A stretch of 44,942 bases of DNA from positions 1 to 44,942 of the forward strand of contig NIVC01004466.1 of assembly GCA_002269645.1 (NCBI GenBank). The letters are read 5' to 3'. Below, piece after piece: positions 39,653 through 44,942 of this stretch. The translations under genes and the position numbers were made by a program. The notes below the pieces were generated by a model, which saw only the letters and a list, made by a program, of their open reading frames with translations, was not told the DNA's origin and searched no databases. The DNA is from Macrostomum lignano (taxonomy: Eukaryota). How positions within the stretch are numbered: the stretch's first letter is position 1; each line of letters starts with the position of its first letter.

Positions 39653-40805
39653 GCTCCGCCAACTGGTGCAGTGGACGGACCGCCTGTTGAAGAGTCCCGA
39701 CAGGCGCCTGCTTGGCTTCGGCCTGTCGGACTTCGCCTCCTGCTGGACCGCCCTGAGCGGCCAGGCCTACCTTGTTGACAGCCTGTGCCAGTGCGGCGCG
39801 CCACAGCTCATGCTTGACGGCCTCCGCGATCCTGGCTTCGCCGAAGCCGACCGTCGGGCCGCCCTGCTGGCCGTCTGGGGCCTCGCCATGCACCGGCGAT
39901 CGCGCGCCTTCCTGCTGGAGCGCTGCGGCTGCGCCGGCGCCCTACTGAAGCTGCAGAACGGCGGCGCCTGCCCGCCTGGCCTCCTGCCGCTGGTCGACTG
40001 CCTGCTCCGCGTGCTGCAGGACGAAGCTCCATCGCCGCTGCCGCACCAACGCCATCGCCAGCCTCCGCAGGCGGTGCTGTCGCATCATCCGGCCAACCGG
40101 GAGCTGGCAGTTCGAATCCGCGACCGGCTTCGAGCTCGCGGCCTCGCCGTGCGACTGTCCTGCCCAGCGGGCGACTCGCAGCCTCCGCCGGGCGTCTCCA
40201 TCGCAGAGGCCTCCGTGGTGCTGCTTGGCCTCAGCGAGGCGTTCAGGGCCAGCCCGCTGTGCCGGGCGGAGGCCGAGGCCGCCGCGCTGACGGCCGCTGA
40301 CCGGCCGGTGCTGCCCGTCTGCCTGCTGGCTCGCTGGCGGCCCGAAGGTTGGCTGGCGGCGCTCGTCGGGCAGCTCAACGGCGGCGGCGGCGGCGGGATG
40401 CTGGCGGACCTCGCCGGCTGCCGGGACTTCGAGGCGGCATGCGGCCAGCTGGCCAGGCGGGTGTCCGAGCTGCTGACGCCGTCGGCGATGGGCAGCGGCA
40501 GCGGCAGTTCTCCGCAGTCGCTGCTGGCCTCAGCGGCGCACGGCCTGGCGCCGGTGAACGGGTCGGGCGGCTCCGAGGCCTCTGCCGTGCAGCTGTGGAC
40601 GCAGGCGGACGTGGCCAGCTGGCTGGAGGCGGTCGGGCTGGCCGGCCTTCGGTCGCAGTTCGCCGGCATCGACGGCCGGCTGCTGCACCAGCTGATGCGG
40701 ATGCGGGCGGAGGCGCCGGATTATTTCTACAGATCCTTGGAGCAGCAGTGGCGCCTGGAGCTCATCGACGTGCTGCGACTGGCCGACGCTCTGGAGAAGC
40801 TGTGA
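39653..40805 (+). CDS. ARM-TIR-SAM protein, exon 2 (ARM repeats, TIR_2-like domain, C-terminal SAM)
   Basis: Acceptor catcccgcag ends at 39652. ARM-like: AALLAVWGLAMH. TIR: VLSHH..LAVRIRDRLRARGLAV..ASVVLLGLSEAFRASPLCRAEAEAA..PVLPV..RPEGWL. SAM: LWTQADVASWLEAVGL..FAGIDGRLLHQL..APDYFYRSL. Confidence 0.85.
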
Positions 40806-40904
40806 CGACACTTGATTGTTATGCCGTAGTCTGGTCATCTGATGCTTGTTTTCGCGCGTGCAATGTCTTCTATGCCTTACTGGGGGTTGCGGAGTGTCGG
40901 GAGA

Positions 40905-41147
40905 CTAATTAGATGACGAGGAATTGACTTAGTTACTCTAGCCGTTTACCCTATCCTAGTAGATGACGAGGCGTCTGGTATTTGATTGCTATGGATAGTT
41001 ACTCCAGCCGTTTACTATGCGAAACTAATTATCTCACGAGGCCACATTATGTATAGCTACTCCCGCCGTTTACCCAATTTTTATGTCTAATTAGGTGACG
41101 AGGGGCGCTTCGGTTTCTACACAGGTAGAGTTACTCCAGCCGTCTAC
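40905..41147. repeat. Array of 4 two-box modules (box A CTAATTAGATGACGAGG, box B TAGTTACTCCAGCCGTTTAC) with unique spacers
   Basis: Box A at 40905, 40956, 41025 and 41087; box B at 40930, 40996, 41054 and 41128. The intervening sequences are unrelated to each other. Confidence 0.85.
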
Positions 41148-41760
41148 CTTCTGGGGCCAGATTTTTTCTCCGCCGATCTATTTTTAACCGATTTCGAACT
41201 TCGCCCTTAATGAGTCCCGAGAATGGGGAACTACTTTGCTCACTTCGATTTTCAGTTAATCGCCGGCACTAATTGAGCACAAGGCCTTGATTTACTGCAT
41301 TGCTGTCTGCAGCTGTGCGTGATGCAAAAGTGCAGATGAGGCATTGCTATTCTTTAACTGAGCACACATTTTGTTTTAAACAGTATTGAGAAGTTACATG
41401 AGCACAGGCTGAGTGCGCGTCTGAATAATATGCTGCTTCTTAGAATTTCATTAGATTCCAATTGCTGCTTTTATTGATTTCTGTTAGCACTTACAAAACT
41501 GACCAAAATGCTTTTGGAGCGACATTTCCTGCGTGTTTTGAATTCTAGACTTGTTTTGCACCCCCTGTTCTGTATTGAACTCTCTCTTACCTGACTGCGT
41601 TGACAACCTAAATGCGATATTTTTGTACATTTATACTGTTTCTCAGCGTGTTCGCTTCATCTTTATTTGGATCATTGTTGTGCTACCTACAGCTGAAACC
41701 ATTTAAAACGGTTTGGAAATTTGTTTAAATGTGCTTCTGATTATTGCTTGGATTCGTTAC

Positions 41761-42497
41761 TTAGATTAGATTGGTTAGATGAGATTAGATTGGTTAGATG
41801 AGATTAGATTGGTTAGATGAGATTAGATTGGTTAGATGAGATTAGATTGGTTAGATGAGATTAGATTGGTTAGATGAGATTAGATTGGTTAGCTGAGATT
41901 AGATTGGTTAGATGGGATTAGATTGGTTAGATGAGATTAGATTGGTTAGATGAGATTAGATTGGTTAGATGAGATTAGATTGGTTAGATGAGATTAGATT
42001 AGTTAGATGAGATTAGATTGGTTAGATGAGATTAGATTGGTTAGATGAGATTAGATTGGTTAGATGGGATTAGATTGGTTAGATGAGATTAGATTGGTTA
42101 GATGGGATTAGATTGGTTAGATGGGATTAGATTGGTTAGATGAGATTAGATTGGTTAGCTGAGATTAGATTGGTTAGATCAGATTAGATTGGTTAGATCA
42201 GATTAGATTGGTTAGATGAGATTAGATTGGTTAGCTGAGATTAGATTGGTTAGATGAGATAGATTGGTTAGCTGAGATTAGATTGGTTAGATGAGAGAAG
42301 ATTGGTTGGATGAGATTAGATTAGATTGGTTAGATCAGATTAGATTGGTTGAATCAGATTAGATTGGCTAGACAACATTAGATTGGTTAGATGAGATTAA
42401 ATTGTTTAGATAAGATTAGATTGGTTCGATGAGATTAGATTGGTTAGATCAGATTAGATTGGTTAGATGAGACTAGATTGGTTCGATGAGATTAGAT
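41761..42497. repeat. 19-bp satellite (GATTAGATTGGTTAGATGA), about 39 copies
   Basis: Seen directly; homogeneous centre with degenerate edges. Confidence 0.96.
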
Positions 42498-42870
42498 GTC
42501 TGGAGCAACCTCGATCATCTTGTTCTCTGTAACAGACAAATCTCGGGCAAGAGTCTCGCGCCAAGTACGCCATGAACCAGACCAAACTCTGCAATCATTT
42601 TGTTTCTTTTGTCTTCTTCTTTTATTAATTGCCATTGCGCTGTTTGCTTTTGCAGCCTCTTGGACCTCATTTTCAATTTCGTTTGCAACTTGATGATGAA
42701 TTCTGCTTCTGGAGGTCGGGGGTTTACTTGTTCAAGATCTCCCTGCTTTATTTCTTATCTTCTTGCGTCTTCTATTCTTTTAGAAGAAAAGAAAGGTTTT
42801 GCACCTGCTGCAGCAGCTTCTAATGTAACATGCGCTTTTAACCTAAGCTGCTTTTCTTGAATAAATTGTT
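42497..42870 (-). other. Coding-like, charged helical fragment (possible decayed or mis-assembled exon)
   Basis: Minus-strand frames read FIQEKQLRLKAHVTLEAAAAGAKPFFSSKRIEDARR* and VANEIENEVQEAAKANSAMAINKRRRQKKQNDCRVWSGSWRTW. There is a stop and a frame change, and no family was recognised. Confidence 0.3.
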
Positions 42871-43396
42871 AATCTGCAATAGATAGTGCGATTGCTCACT
42901 TAAACCTCCTGTCCATAGTTGCATAAAAGAGTTTATTAATTATGTGCATGCACCGCGGTTGCCGCCTAATTAGAAATGTGATTGTATTATTTATCCGTGA
43001 CAAAAAGTCAGCAAAGAAATATAAATGTGTTGATATATTATTTATGATAATTATTATTTATCTACTATACTGAATCTCCTCTTGACACTGTTTATGCCTC
43101 CGACTTATCCTAATTGTGACAGCCTCCGTGATGCTTGAGTTTCACCCATTGATTGGGCAGCTTATGTCCGGTGCTTCACCTCTCATGCAGTGCAATGGGA
43201 GCTGATGAAGCCACTGTGTTTTGCATCCCCACCCGCTCAGTCTGTGTGCCTCTGCCTTCTTTGTGGTTTGGAGCTCACCTCTAACTGAAGCCATTCCTGT
43301 CTGCAGCACGTTCCTTGTGCTGTCTGTGCTGTCTGTGTCTGTCTGTGTTACTGTCTGTGTGTTTACTTGGACCTTACGTCGGTTCAGTTGCCGCAT

Positions 43397-44942
43397 TAGC
43401 TGGACCTTTCGGTTTAGGTGGACCACCGAATATTTTTGCTCCAGACAACGTTGAGTGGTTTATAAGGACCACAAAACAGAGCAATGGATGTCAGGAATGA
43501 GTGCCGCAAAGCGCAACATTCATCGGCATTCATGTTCAGAAAAAAATGCATTTCAGTTTACATGGACTTTTTGCGATGTCCACCTAAAACGGGTCTAAAA
43601 GGTCCAGCTAAACAAAAATTGTCAATGAAAATTTCTGAATTTGTCTGTTGCAGTCTGTTTCAGTCTGTTGGCAATTTACCTTTTTACAACATCTTTTACG
43701 CCAAAAAAGTAATATATTTAATTTCCGTGATCTTAAATTAGGCACACACGGCTTTGTTGAGCTTTCTTCAAAGCCTTCCCACGGTTTTGTGCCCGAAAAC
43801 TATTCCCATGACGGTTCCTTTGTCGCGTTAGTTGCTGATAGTAGTTTAAATGGATATTGTATCCTATAGGCCTATCGACTTTCCTTCTTTTAGATTCCTT
43901 TTGATATTTGATATTTATAAAAGTGTTGAACCACAATAAGAAATGATCCTGGTGGAGAGTTTCGGCCTTGAGAAGAAGGTTCTGCTCTCAAAGCCCTGTT
44001 TAGGGGTGGGGAAGCACCAAACCAAGCTCAAAGCGAAGGTCTGATATTTTTTATTTTAGTTTAGCCTGGGTCCCACTAAACACAGTTGCACGCACATCAA
44101 ATCGTCTGTTGAGGTCCATGTAAACGAAACTCGAAGCGCACAACACAGTCACACAGACTAGAGCTGCATTGGTTAAGGACTTATTTCGGAGAGGTTGGTA
44201 AAAATCGGACCACCCCTACTGGGAATGCCAGCCAATAGGAGCAGTCCTAGGGACAGACAGTCCGTCAACTAAACGATTCAGAGAGAGGCAGAGTTTTAAA
44301 AGTGAAAACCCTTGTCTAGCTAAAACAGGCTTGCATGGACCACCTAATTTCGCATCTCGGATAGACTGAAACATTCAACTAAACTGTCAATAGTCAATAC
44401 ACTAGGATACAGGAATGTCTCGCAGGAGAAAACCCAATAAGACAGAGTCCCGGAGAAGTGCAACGGTAACAGATGTTACATCAAGTGGACTGGATACCTA
44501 AGGTAAGAATAAAAAAGATTTGATTGAAAAGACTAACTTCCTCGCGTTCAATTCTTTAGTAGAACTAAGCCAAGGAAAAACTGTGTAATAAAACAATACA
44601 CGACTTTTAGATCTAACAGTACTTGGGAGCCAGTGAAAACTTTTTAAAAACTTTTTAAAAAGTTTTTCGAAAAATTGGCAACTGTTATTTGGAATGAAAA
44701 AATGATAAACTTTAGTAAAGAACCTCAACAAGAACTTACTCAATCGAAATTTCAGAAGTTGTTTTCCTGCCAGACCAAATAGCAAAATCTAACAGGTAAG
44801 CAAATCGTGCACATACAACTTTAGCTGGTCCAGCTAATCCTACAGACTGCACTGACGCAACTGAGCCAGTCTGTTTAGGAGCCTCACAGATATTCAAGTT
44901 TAGGTGGTCCAGCTAAACTACAGACTGTACTGACGCCACTGA
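43397..44942. mobile_element. Repeat element(s) with recurring TTAGCTGGACC / TTTAGGTGGACC motifs in both orientations; truncated by the window end
   Basis: Inverted pair 43397-43424 and 43578-43611; related motifs at about 44337, 44821-44860 and 44899-44942. Confidence 0.4.

Noticed and set aside
38853-39804. Pro-rich and Gly-rich ORFs on both strands
   Set aside because: They translate the intronic G-rich minisatellite, which is bounded by good donor and acceptor sites.
40085-40912. Antisense and alternative-frame ORFs over the TIR exon, and similar ones over the LINE and Gypsy ORFs
   Set aside because: These are expected shadows of GC-rich coding sequence with no recognisable motifs.
40905-41147. 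Array as a bona fide CRISPR or as hammerhead ribozymes
   Set aside because: It has two alternating boxes with short variable spacers and no cas genes. The TGACGAG lacks the invariant preceding C, and only one GAAA is present. Kept as an unexplained array.

Overview
Eukaryotic (invertebrate animal) genomic DNA with spliceosomal GT-AG introns, GC-rich exons, AT-rich intergenic DNA and minisatellite-filled introns. The style resembles the flatworm Macrostomum, but that is inference only. Host genes, left to right: a minus-strand NAD-dependent glycerol-3-phosphate dehydrogenase (GPD1-like) gene with an apparently duplicated 3' catalytic segment; two tandem two-exon genes for small secreted single-WSC-domain proteins, separated by a Gypsy integrase fragment; an elongator tRNA-Met; the 5' exons of a minus-strand zinc-finger-like gene; and a plus-strand ARM-TIR-SAM gene (SARM1-like domains in a different order). 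Mobile DNA dominates the middle. It includes a full-length, intact LOA/R1-group LINE (EN-RT-RNase H, TAATG stop-start, (GTAA)n tail) between two GGATCT-core minisatellites, a Tc1-type MITE, and a PIF/Harbinger element carrying two further nested TIR elements. A THAP/P-element and a MITE also sit head-to-tail at the same 8-bp target site. The least explained stretch is a 243-bp array after the TIR gene: four copies of two conserved boxes separated by unique spacers of 8, 24, 12 and 24 nt. Several frameshifts are 1-2 nt deletions in short homopolymers or dinucleotide runs and are probably assembly errors. No database searches were run; all family calls come from motif recognition by eye.
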